This document shows, one piece after another, positions 30,235-38,932 of a DNA stretch of 64,000 nt. Numbering within the stretch: the stretch's first letter is position 1; every line of letters begins with the position of its first letter. This DNA is from an uncultured Thermococci archaeon. GTDB taxonomy: Archaea > Methanobacteriota_B > Thermococci > Methanofastidiosales > B48-G16. A model generated the notes under the pieces. That model did no database searches, was not told the DNA's origin, and was given only the letters and a program-made list of their open reading frames with translations. The DNA is taken from NCBI GenBank assembly GCA_964595645.1, contig CAZQQT010000005.1, forward strand, positions 96,001 to 160,000. The letters are read 5' to 3'. The position numbers were made by a program, and so were the translations under genes.

Positions 30235-30503
30235 TCAGGAGAATTCAGTCCCACACATTGTACAGAACTTAGCTCTTTCTTTATTTGCAGACCCACAATA
30301 TCTGCAACGTTTGTCGTTCGGATGAGTTTTAGCCCGAGGTTTATATTGTAGCTGGGTACTACCACAATGTGAACATTGAGAGGATTTTGCAAGATACTAA
30401 AACAAATACAGAACTCCAAACAGCAAAAATGCTACGATATCAAATTTTTTTGTAGGCTCCACAATCGTTCACAAAATTTCACTGGGCCTTTAACTATAGG
30501 CAT
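30235..30503 (-). pseudogene. Disrupted small membrane-anchored zinc-ribbon protein
   Basis: MPIVKGPVKFCER / IVEPTKKFDIVAFLLFGVLYLF*YLAKSSQCSHCGS..RCRYCG..KFCTMCGTEFS; frameshift near 30465 and in-frame TAG at 30397-30399. Confidence 0.75.
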
Positions 30504-30569
30504 ATTCCCCCTCCTGCAGTATTCATATAACCACCTCGATCTTCTTTTCTCTTGGATCTTTAAATAGAT

Positions 30570-30595
30570 ATCGGAACAATTTATCGGAACAATTT
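30570..30595. repeat. 13-bp tandem direct repeat (ATCGGAACAATTT)x2
   Basis: Read directly from the sequence; intergenic, next to a TTTAAA box upstream of the zinc-ribbon pseudogene. Confidence 0.8.
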
Positions 30596-30649
30596 TAATT
30601 AAAAAAGAAAATACCTCTATCTTCCATACATTTCTCTGGAGAATGTTCT

Positions 30650-32029
30650 CTATATCTTCTTTTTCCACGTCGTTTTTTCCCCATCTTCAAGAATGATGCC
30701 GATGTCACGTAGCCGTGCTCTGATTTCATCTGCCGTATCAAACTCTTTTTTTTGCCGTAGTTCTTCTCTGATATCAATGAGGAGTTCAATCAGTTCTTCC
30801 TCGCGCCCTTCTTCTTTTTCTTCTCTCAACACTCCAAAAACATTTCCTATCTCTTCAAAAAGATTTTTTGCATCTTTGAGTTGAGATTTGTTTGCAGACT
30901 CCGTGTATTTATTTATTTTTTTAATGAATTCATAGTATGCAGCGAAGGCCTCAGGCGTGTTGAAGTCATCGTCCATCGCGGCCTCGAAATCTCTTCTCGC
31001 TGTTTTCACGGCCTCTTCAAGCTCGGTACTTCCTTTCCCAGGATTCTTAAGGGAAATTTCGAGTTCTCTTCGAGCGTTGTAGATTCTTTCAAGGGATCGT
31101 TCTGCAGATTTCACACCATCTTCGCTAAAATCCATCCTGCTCCTGTAATAGATAGATGCCAAATATAGCCTGAGTACCATGGGGTTGTACTTCTCGAGTA
31201 ATTCCCGAATTGTAGTGAAATTTCCCAATGATTTTGACATTTTTTCTCCTTCTACAGTCAATACACCCGTGTGAAGCCAGTAGTTCACAAACTGTTCATC
31301 GTAGTATGCTTCAGATTGGGCAATTTCGTTTTCATGATGAGGGAATGCCAGTTCTATTGCACCTCCATGGATATCCAACGGAACGCCAAGATACTTGGTT
31401 GACATTACGGAGCACTCAATATGCCATCCCGGTCTTCCCTCCCCCCATGGAGATTCCCAGAATATCTCTCCTTCTTTGGCTGTTTTCCACAGCGCAAAGT
31501 CTACTGGATTCTTTTTTGTTTCGTCGGGTTTCACCCGGGCACCGGAAAGGATATCTTCCACTGATTGATTGGAAAGCTTTCCGTACTCTTCAAAGGCACT
31601 GATATCAAAATACACATTCCCTCCTGACTCATACGCGTATCCTTTCTCTATGAGAACCTTGATAAACTCGATAATATCGTCAATGTGGTTAGAAACCTTG
31701 GGATAAAGATCGGCTCTCTTTATATTCAGGGCGTCAAACTCCTTCTGAGCCTCCTTAGAAAAACGTTCGGCGATTTCTAGGGGGTTTTCATCGATTTGTT
31801 TTGATCGATTGATGAGTTTGTCCTCTACATCGGTAATATTCTGGATATGAAAGATATCGTATCCTTTGTACTCAAGGTATCGTTTGATGACATCAAAGGC
31901 CACGTAGGTTTTTGCATGTCCAAGATGTGCATAGTCATAGGGTGTGAGCCCGCAGACATACATTCTCACTCTTTTTTCTTCTGGCTTAAATTCTTCTTTT
32001 TTTCTATGCAGTGTGTTGTATACTTTCAT
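30650..32029 (-). CDS. cysS: Cysteinyl-tRNA synthetase
   Basis: YVCGLTPYDYAHLGHA (HIGH), DFALWK, GRPGWHIECS, FPHHENE.AQ, KMSKS; true start MKVYNTL at 32029. Confidence 0.96.
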   Translation of the reverse strand: MKVYNTLHRKKEEFKPEEKRVRMYVCGLTPYDYAHLGHAKTYVAFDVIKRYLEYKGYDIFHIQNITDVEDKLINRSKQIDENPLEIAERFSKEAQKEFDALNIKRADLYPKVSNHIDDIIEFIKVLIEKGYAYESGGNVYFDISAFEEYGKLSNQSVEDILSGARVKPDETKKNPVDFALWKTAKEGEIFWESPWGEGRPGWHIECSVMSTKYLGVPLDIHGGAIELAFPHHENEIAQSEAYYDEQFVNYWLHTGVLTVEGEKMSKSLGNFTTIRELLEKYNPMVLRLYLASIYYRSRMDFSEDGVKSAERSLERIYNARRELEISLKNPGKGSTELEEAVKTARRDFEAAMDDDFNTPEAFAAYYEFIKKINKYTESANKSQLKDAKNLFEEIGNVFGVLREEKEEGREEELIELLIDIREELRQKKEFDTADEIRARLRDIGIILEDGEKTTWKKKI

Positions 32030-32155
32030 ACCAGCGTTTTTCGTTTTGATATTTAAATGCTTTATGAAAGAGGCAATGAATGATCGCATTTGTACATGGA
32101 TGGAGAGAATAAATTTAAAAAGTCTATTAATATACATTGACGAAGAGGTATTACT

Positions 32156-32428
32156 GTGACGAAGATAAAAATTACCGTAGAACGCATCGATGGATATTGC
32201 AATCTCCCCATGCTTGTAGGCGATCACTTCTTTGTGGAAAACTCCAAACTCTCGGTTCCTGAGGGAACATATATCTGCATCTGGGCACTTCAGAGTATGA
32301 TGCCCATATTTCCTATTCTCACAGAGAGAGAGCGACTGGAGAACGGTCACTGGGTAAAAACTGTGAAGCATTTCTCCTGTCCCGATCCGAAGGGGAAGGT
32401 ACTCTTCCGTTTGGAGGTCGAGGAGTGA
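32156..32428 (+). CDS. TIGR04076-like small Cys-containing protein
   Basis: KITV..I.GYC...VGD.F, ICIWAL.S..P, CPDP.G.V.F. Confidence 0.75.
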   Translation: MTKIKITVERIDGYCNLPMLVGDHFFVENSKLSVPEGTYICIWALQSMMPIFPILTERERLENGHWVKTVKHFSCPDPKGKVLFRLEVEE

Positions 32429-32432
32429 AGCC

Positions 32433-32927
32433 ATGATCCACGTGGATACTAGTAAATGTACGGGATGTGGGCGGTGTGAAACCGTGTGCGCTTTTTTCCA
32501 TACAGGAAAAATTAACAGAACACTTTCACGGATAAAGGTAATGCACCTCTACAATAGGGGGATTGACGGTCCTGTGGTCTGTACGCAGTGTGAGGAACGG
32601 TACTGTATGCCGTGTCCAGTCGATGCACTGTCTATCGGTCCGAATGGACAGGTAATAGTAACGCCCACAATATGTGAGCTTTGTGGTATATGCGAGGTGC
32701 GATGTCCCATCGGCGCTATCGAGGTTACAGAGAAGTTTGTCGTTGTCTGCGATCTCTGTGGTGGAGAGCCACGATGTGTGGATGCGTGTACGGAAAATGC
32801 CCTTACGTACCAGCCCGAGAAACTAGGCCCTTCATTAGAACAATACATGAAAAAGACCGACGGGATGAATACGAGTGAGAAACGGTATCTCTATATAAAA
32901 AAGAAAGGATCTTCTGGGAGGCAGTAG
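32433..32927 (+). CDS. 4x[4Fe-4S] ferredoxin-like subunit (AOR small subunit type)
   Basis: CTGCGRCETVC, CTQC..C..CP, CELCGICEVRCP, CDLC....CVDAC. Confidence 0.9.
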   Translation: MIHVDTSKCTGCGRCETVCAFFHTGKINRTLSRIKVMHLYNRGIDGPVVCTQCEERYCMPCPVDALSIGPNGQVIVTPTICELCGICEVRCPIGAIEVTEKFVVVCDLCGGEPRCVDACTENALTYQPEKLGPSLEQYMKKTDGMNTSEKRYLYIKKKGSSGRQ

Positions 32928-32928
32928 C

Positions 32929-34714
32929 ATGTACGGATACGGCGGTAAGGTGCTGTGGGTTGATCTCACCGATAGGGAGGTTCGCATCGAAACGGTGGCA
33001 GAGTCGTGGATAAAACCTGTTATCGGCGGCCGTGCTGCCAATACAAAGCGACTTATAGAAAAAATCGATCCCTCATGCGATCCACTAGGGCCTGAGAATG
33101 TACTCATCTTCGGAGTTGGTCCGCTTACCGGCTCGCTCCTTCCGGCCTCTGTCTACCATACCATTACTGCAAAATCACCGCTCACCGGAATACTTGGCGA
33201 TTCTGCGGCTGGCGGTCAGTTCGGTGCGGCAATGAAGCGCACGGGGTTTGACCAGATTGTTATCAGCGGGAAAGCAGAGTCTCTTAGCTATCTTCTGATC
33301 ACTGATGACGGCGTAGAGTTCATTGCGTGTCCTGAGTATGAAGGAACGTCGATTTTGGAAACCACACATCGTATTCGAAAGGATCAGCGCGATCATTCCA
33401 TCGAAGTGGCAGCCATTGGGCCTGCAGGAGAGAACGAAGTCCTCTTTGCTTCGGTTGTTTCCAGCGGAAACAGAGTGAATGGTCGTACCGGTATGGGTGC
33501 TGTGATGGGATCAAAAAATCTCAAGGCGGTGGCTGTTACAGGATCCCGTTCGGTGGAACTGGCAGATCCATTGCAGTTTTTCTCACTTGTCAGGGAGCTT
33601 GAGAAGAAAATCCGGAATCATCCCGAGTATGAGAAGCGGTACCATCTTGGGACTACGATGCTTATGAAAGATCTTAACAGCATCGGTATTCTTCCTACCA
33701 ATCATTTTCAAAAAGGGATCTGTTCCTATGTTGACAAAATTTCAGGAGAGACGCTCGCAAAGAAATTTAAAATGAAAAATAAATCTTGTTTTAACTGCAA
33801 CGTCCACTGTTCCCGTTACTATCGGTGCAACGGTCTGGAAGCAGAGGGACCGGAGTTCGAAACGCTCTGCAGCTTTACCTCACGTATAGGAAACGATAAT
33901 CTTGCCTTCGCCTTGGAGATGAACAGGTACCTCAACCAGATGGGTCTCGATTCTATCTCCACTGGTGAGATCATTGGGTGGATAATGGAGTGTCAAGAAA
34001 GGGGACTGATCGCACCGAAAGAGCTCGATGGGGTTAGTATTTCATGGGGAGAGAGAAAAGATCCGCGAGATCGTGAGGAAGATAGTACATCGGGAAGGTA
34101 TAGGCGATGAGTTAGCCGCCGGTGCAAGAAATTTTTCGAAATCATTCAGTAAAGAAGCACAGGAATTAGTAATGCATGTGAAGGGACTGGACGTGATCTG
34201 CGGCGATCCTCGAGGAATAAAAGCATATGGTCTTACCTACGCAATTGCTTCTCGTGGAGCAGATCACCTCCGAGCAGAACCGTATTTTGAGCTCACCAAC
34301 AGAAAAAAAGAGGCAAAAAGACGATTTGGTACAGAAAAAGCTGCCGATAGATTATCAGAAGAGGGAAAAGCTGCACTGGTAACGTATTCCGAGAAAATTT
34401 CGCTTCTCTGCGATTCATTAACGATGTGTAAGAATATTGGACTTTGTATGGACATCTTAGATTTTGAGAATGCTGCTTCCCTCTTAAAGGCGGGTACCGG
34501 GATTCACTACACACTAGAATATCTAAAAAAGACACTGGAAGAAGCTATCACGCGGGACCGAGAGCTCAATGGTAGGTTCGGGCTTATTGAAGAAGAGGAT
34601 ACCCTCCCAGATCGGTTTGTCCATGAGCCACTGGGAGAGGGAGCAACACAAGGCTCCGTAGTGGATATCGATAGGATGGTGGAGGAGTATTATAAACTCC
34701 ATGGATGGAAGTAA
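32929..34714 (+). pseudogene. aor: Tungsten aldehyde:ferredoxin oxidoreductase (AOR/WOR family) split by one frameshift
   Basis: KSPLTG, AIGPAGEN, GRTGMGAVMGSKNLKAV, CFNC..HC, EGPEFET, GLDSIS / REGIGD.LA.G, RGADH, DTLP.RF, YY..HGW; frame break at (GA)4, 34049-34056. Confidence 0.88.
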
Positions 34715-34726
34715 TTCTCGGTCTTT

Positions 34727-35534
34727 TTATTCCTTCGGTTTCCTTCTCAATGAAAATCCTGTCTTTTTCTTTACAAATTTGTATGCACTGTACAGAATTG
34801 CGGCCATGGCAGCAACAGGTACTGTAATGAAGAATCCGATGATTATTACTCTAATCGTTGCCATAAAAGCCTGTATTCCTGTTTCAAGAGCTCCCTTTAG
34901 TCCCCACTCATACGATATCGGTTTCGGCTCCGAGATGCGAATGGTGATTGTCGAGTACTCGACTCTGTTTTTCAGGTAGTTCATCTCTCCCTGAAGTCTT
35001 TCAATCGCTTCTCTTGTATCTGAGAGTCTTGATTCTATTTTGAGGATTTCTTCTACCGTGTCCGCCTTTTCAAGTATCTCGAGATACCGTTGTTCTTCAG
35101 CTTTCCTATTTTTCAACCGTGATTCAAGATCGATATATTGTTTTGTGACATCTTCTCTCCGTACATCAGTACTTTGTACCGTTCCCAGCAATTTTATTTC
35201 TTTCTACCACCTGCGAAAAGTGTTTTTCAGGTATTCGTAGGGTAACGTACCCTTCTCTATAGTTTTCCTCAGTTTCAGAGGATGATTGCGCGATGTATCC
35301 TTCGTATTTTTCTGTGATTTTTTCTATCTTCTTCAATGTTATCTCAAAATTTCCTGTCTCTATCTCTATCTGAGAGGCGGTAATCACTTTTCTCTCAGAG
35401 ATTGACTCTTCGGAAGTTGAGGTACTTGGCTCTTTCTCTCCTCCTGTTCCTTTTTGGAGGTCCAAAGCCTCCTCTCCACCGATGCATCCCACAAAAAGTA
35501 CAACAACCACTACTGCAAGTAAAATTTTTCTCAT
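34727..35534 (-). pseudogene. DUF4349-like lipoprotein split by one frameshift
   Basis: Lipobox FVGC; G..TLRIP / EDVT.QY.DLESRL, YLKNRVEYSTI; C-terminal TM; one extra A in GAAAGAA near 35201-35203. Confidence 0.82.
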
Positions 35535-35603
35535 GTAAAAGAGCCTGTCTCTATTTATTTATATTTTTTGGTAAAGTTCAATTTATATTGAACATTGACA
35601 GAA

Positions 35604-35867
35604 TCAGGTCTTTGCAACAGCTTTATTATTGTTCTCTGGAAGATCCATCCCTAACGTTTCATATATCTTCTTTTCAGTCTCTATCACAGCCTCTGCCTTT
35701 CCTACCAGTTCTATATAAATGCCAAGAGGAGATTTATAAACATTTGTTGTCATATCTTTGGGAATTAGATCGGACTCGAGGATATCAGCTTCTTCAGGAT
35801 TTATGAGTATCCTTGCTTTGTACTCATCTCTTACATTTCTTATTGCTTTCTCTATCAATTTTTTCAT
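35604..35867 (-). CDS. Hypothetical protein
   Basis: 87-aa ORF with AGGTGA SD and an upstream AT-rich promoter region. Confidence 0.7.
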   Translation of the reverse strand: MKKLIEKAIRNVRDEYKARILINPEEADILESDLIPKDMTTNVYKSPLGIYIELVGKAEAVIETEKKIYETLGMDLPENNNKAVAKT

Positions 35868-36028
35868 ATTACTCACCTATAAATTATTAAAAAAGGAAAG
35901 TTTAAAAAGTTTTCCAAGATCAAAGTAATATTTATCCCTTATGCTTTTTTTCCTTTAAATACAGTCTCATCAATATTTCTGCGATTGTCGAACACAACCT
36001 TTAAATTAGCATCTTCGTAGAACCCTGT

Positions 36029-36907
36029 ATGACTATGCATGAGATCCTTCATAAAGAAGAATTAAGTGATACCATTAAGCTTTTAGATGTGGAAGCGCCT
36101 TTAATTGCAAAGAAATTTGAGCCCGGACAGTTTTTAACAATTCGTATCGATGAAAAAGGAGAAAGAGTGCCGTTGACTATTGTAGATACCGACGAATACA
36201 AGGGGAGCGTCCGAATAATATTTCAAGAGGTAGGAAAAACAACTAAACAGCTGGGACTGCTCGATGAGGAAGATTTCATCGAGGACATCGTCGGCCCCTT
36301 AGGAACTGCTTCTGAGATAGAGAACTTTGGAAAGGTCGTGTGCGTTGGAGGGGGTGTCGGCGCTGCACCACTCTACCCTCAAGCTCGTGCCCTCCATGAA
36401 GCGGGAAATGAGGTTATTACTATTATAGGTGCACGAACAAAGGATTTACTAATATTGGAGGACGAGATGAAAGAGGTTTCTGATAGGTTCTATATCACTA
36501 CAGATGACGGTTCCTATGGGAGGAAGGGATTCGTATCCGATGTGTTACAGGAAATACTTGAGGAAGAGGAGATTAACAGAGTGATCACTATTGGTCCTGC
36601 GATAATGATGATGGTCACGGCAAGGGTAACCAAACCCCATGGCGTGAAAACAATAGCGTCCTTGAACTCCATTATGGTTGATGGAACAGGGATGTGCGGA
36701 GCATGTAGGGTGAAAGTAGGTGGGGAAACAAAGTTCGCCTGCGTTGATGGCCCCGATTTCGATGCCCATAAAGTTGACTTTGAGTTGCTCATGGAAAGAC
36801 AAAAAATGTATCTCGAGGAGGAAATTCGGGCGATAGAATCGTATGAAGATGAGCTATTCGAAAAACTAAGTGCTGTCCGTTCCCTCGTTAAAGAAAAAAG
36901 GAGATAA
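36029..36907 (+). CDS. nfnA: NfnA (SudB-like) small subunit, copy 1
   Basis: PGQF..GERVPLTI, GPLG, GGGVG.AP, IGP..MM, MVDGTGMCGACRV..CVDGP.FD. Confidence 0.93.
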   Translation: MTMHEILHKEELSDTIKLLDVEAPLIAKKFEPGQFLTIRIDEKGERVPLTIVDTDEYKGSVRIIFQEVGKTTKQLGLLDEEDFIEDIVGPLGTASEIENFGKVVCVGGGVGAAPLYPQARALHEAGNEVITIIGARTKDLLILEDEMKEVSDRFYITTDDGSYGRKGFVSDVLQEILEEEEINRVITIGPAIMMMVTARVTKPHGVKTIASLNSIMVDGTGMCGACRVKVGGETKFACVDGPDFDAHKVDFELLMERQKMYLEEEIRAIESYEDELFEKLSAVRSLVKEKRR

Positions 36908-36921
36908 AGGAGGGATCATGA

Positions 36922-38304
36922 ATGGTTGTCAAAGAAAAAACAAAAATAAAGGAACAGGATCCAGAAGAGAGAATCAATAATTTTTACGAGGTTGTACAGG
37001 GTTACAGCATTGAAGAGGCAATGAAAGAGGCTGAGAGATGTTTACAATGTAAAAATTCGCCGTGTGTAAATGGTTGTCCAGTAGAAATAGATATCCCTGC
37101 ATTTGTACAACTTATAAAAGAAGGAAACTTTGATGAAGCAATAGCAAAAATAAAAGAGAAGAATAACCTTCCTGGAATTACTGGTCGTGTTTGCCCCCAG
37201 GAGGAGCAGTGTGAGAAAAAATGTACCCTAGGAAAAAAATTTGAGCCTGTGGCAATTGGCAAATTGGAACGATTTGCAACAGACTGGGAAATGAAGAAGG
37301 GAGTAGCGCCACCAGAAGTACCGGAGTCTACGGGAAAAAAAGTTGCTATTGTGGGTTCAGGACCAGCTGGGCTTACCTGTGCAGGAGATCTCGCACGGAA
37401 GGGTCACGAAGTTACACTGTACGAATCACTCCATAAACCGGGTGGGGTGCTGGTCTATGGTATCCCAGAGTTCCGACTGCCGAATAAAACAGTTGAGGAC
37501 GAGATCGAATACATAGAGAAGCTTGGTGCCAAGATAAAGGTAAATCATGTGATAGGGAAAATACTCACCATGGAAGAGTTGCTGGAAGAGTACAACGCTG
37601 TGTTTGTTGGCACTGGTGCAGGCCTTCCCAGATTTTTGGGAGTTCCTGGTGAGAACCTTAATGGAGTATACTCCGCAAACGAATTTTTAACGAGAGTAAA
37701 TCTTATGAAAGCATATAAGTTTCCCGAATATGACACTCCGGTGAAGATAGGAAAGCGAGTTGCAGTGGTTGGTGCAGGCAATGTGGCCATGGACTCAGCG
37801 AGAACGGCGTTGCGACTTGGTGCTGATAAATCGTATATAGTTTACAGGCGGTCTGAGAATGAAATGCCTGCCAGAGATGAGGAGATCGAACATGCCCGGG
37901 AAGAGGGCGTTGAGTTTCTTCTCCTGACAAATCCAACAAAGTTTGTAGATGATGGTAGTGGATGGGTAAATAAAATGGAGTGTATCAAGATGAAGCTCGG
38001 TGAGCCCGATAAATCAGGGAGACCGAGACCGATACCCATTGATGGAAGCGAGTTCCCTATCGACGTTGATCTTGTGGTGATCGCTTGCGGTCAGAGACCT
38101 AATCCACTTCTTCCTGATGCAACGGAGGGTCTTGAGACTACAGAATGGGGAACGGTTAAAGCCGATGAGAATGGAAGAACTACACTCGATCGTGTGTGGG
38201 CTGGTGGGGATATTACCTCTGGAGCGGCAACAGTGATTGCAGCGATGGGTGCAGGAAAAAAGGCAGCAGCGGATATGCACGCATTCCTTACAGAGGATAC
38301 ATAA
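36922..38304 (+). CDS. nfnB: NfnB (SudA/GltD-like) large subunit, copy 1
   Basis: RCLQC..PC..GCP, GRVCPQE.QCE..C, GSGPAG, YGIPEFRLP, GAGNVAMD, YRR....PAR, GGD...GAATVI.AM. Confidence 0.94.
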   Translation: MVVKEKTKIKEQDPEERINNFYEVVQGYSIEEAMKEAERCLQCKNSPCVNGCPVEIDIPAFVQLIKEGNFDEAIAKIKEKNNLPGITGRVCPQEEQCEKKCTLGKKFEPVAIGKLERFATDWEMKKGVAPPEVPESTGKKVAIVGSGPAGLTCAGDLARKGHEVTLYESLHKPGGVLVYGIPEFRLPNKTVEDEIEYIEKLGAKIKVNHVIGKILTMEELLEEYNAVFVGTGAGLPRFLGVPGENLNGVYSANEFLTRVNLMKAYKFPEYDTPVKIGKRVAVVGAGNVAMDSARTALRLGADKSYIVYRRSENEMPARDEEIEHAREEGVEFLLLTNPTKFVDDGSGWVNKMECIKMKLGEPDKSGRPRPIPIDGSEFPIDVDLVVIACGQRPNPLLPDATEGLETTEWGTVKADENGRTTLDRVWAGGDITSGAATVIAAMGAGKKAAADMHAFLTEDT

Positions 38305-38410
38305 GAGTATTTTTCTCTTCTTTAATTTTAAATATCTTTTTTTATACCTTTTTTATTAGGGGGTATTTTTTGTTCCTATATATCCAAATTTTTCCTTTTT
38401 TATCACACAG
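38305..38410 (+). terminator. Oligo-T-rich terminator region after nfnB
   Basis: Several T5-T7 runs directly after the stop codon, typical of archaeal intrinsic termination. Confidence 0.5.
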
Positions 38411-38451
38411 TAAGATTTTTAAACCTCGATGTGGAATACAAAGCGATATAC

Positions 38452-38931
38452 ATGGGTAATCCTCCGGTGGAAGATGAGATAAGAAAGATTGTTCATGAAC
38501 ACGGTCCGCAACCTGAAAATCTGATCGCGATTCTGCAGGCATTGCAGGAAAACTACGGCTTTCTCCCTGAGAAAGCATTTCCACTTCTTGCAAGTGAAAT
38601 GGAAATTTCAGAGTCGAGAATATATGGGGTAGCTACCTTTTATGCGCAGTTTAAATTTATAAAGCCAGGGAAGCACGAGATAAAAGTCTGCATGGGAACA
38701 GCATGTCATGTGAAGGGATCAGAAACACTTCTTAATGCCATGAAATCAGAACTCGAAATAGAGCCAGGAGAGACGACTGAAGACGAGTTTTTCAGTCTGG
38801 AACGGGTAGCATGTCTGGGGTGTTGTGCGCTTTCCCCAGTAGCCATGATCGACGGCAAAGTTCACGCACGGATGACCCGACCAAAACTCATCTCATTACT
38901 CGATAGGTTCAACGAGGAAAGAGAGGGATAA
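38452..38931 (+). CDS. HydC/NuoE-like [2Fe-2S] subunit
   Basis: GVATFY.QF, CMGTACHVKG, ACLGCC.LSPV. Confidence 0.93.
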   Translation: MGNPPVEDEIRKIVHEHGPQPENLIAILQALQENYGFLPEKAFPLLASEMEISESRIYGVATFYAQFKFIKPGKHEIKVCMGTACHVKGSETLLNAMKSELEIEPGETTEDEFFSLERVACLGCCALSPVAMIDGKVHARMTRPKLISLLDRFNEEREG

Positions 38932-38932
38932 T

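Noticed and set aside
30397-30399. In-frame TAG as pyrrolysine or readthrough
   Set aside because: The context LYLF*YL fits a Tyr-to-stop mutation, a second lesion is present, and TAG is used as a normal stop elsewhere in the window.
32030-32434. 135-aa N-terminal extension of CysRS in the ORF track
   Set aside because: It is the antisense of the TIGR04076-like gene plus the promoter region; CysRS homology starts at MKVYNTL.
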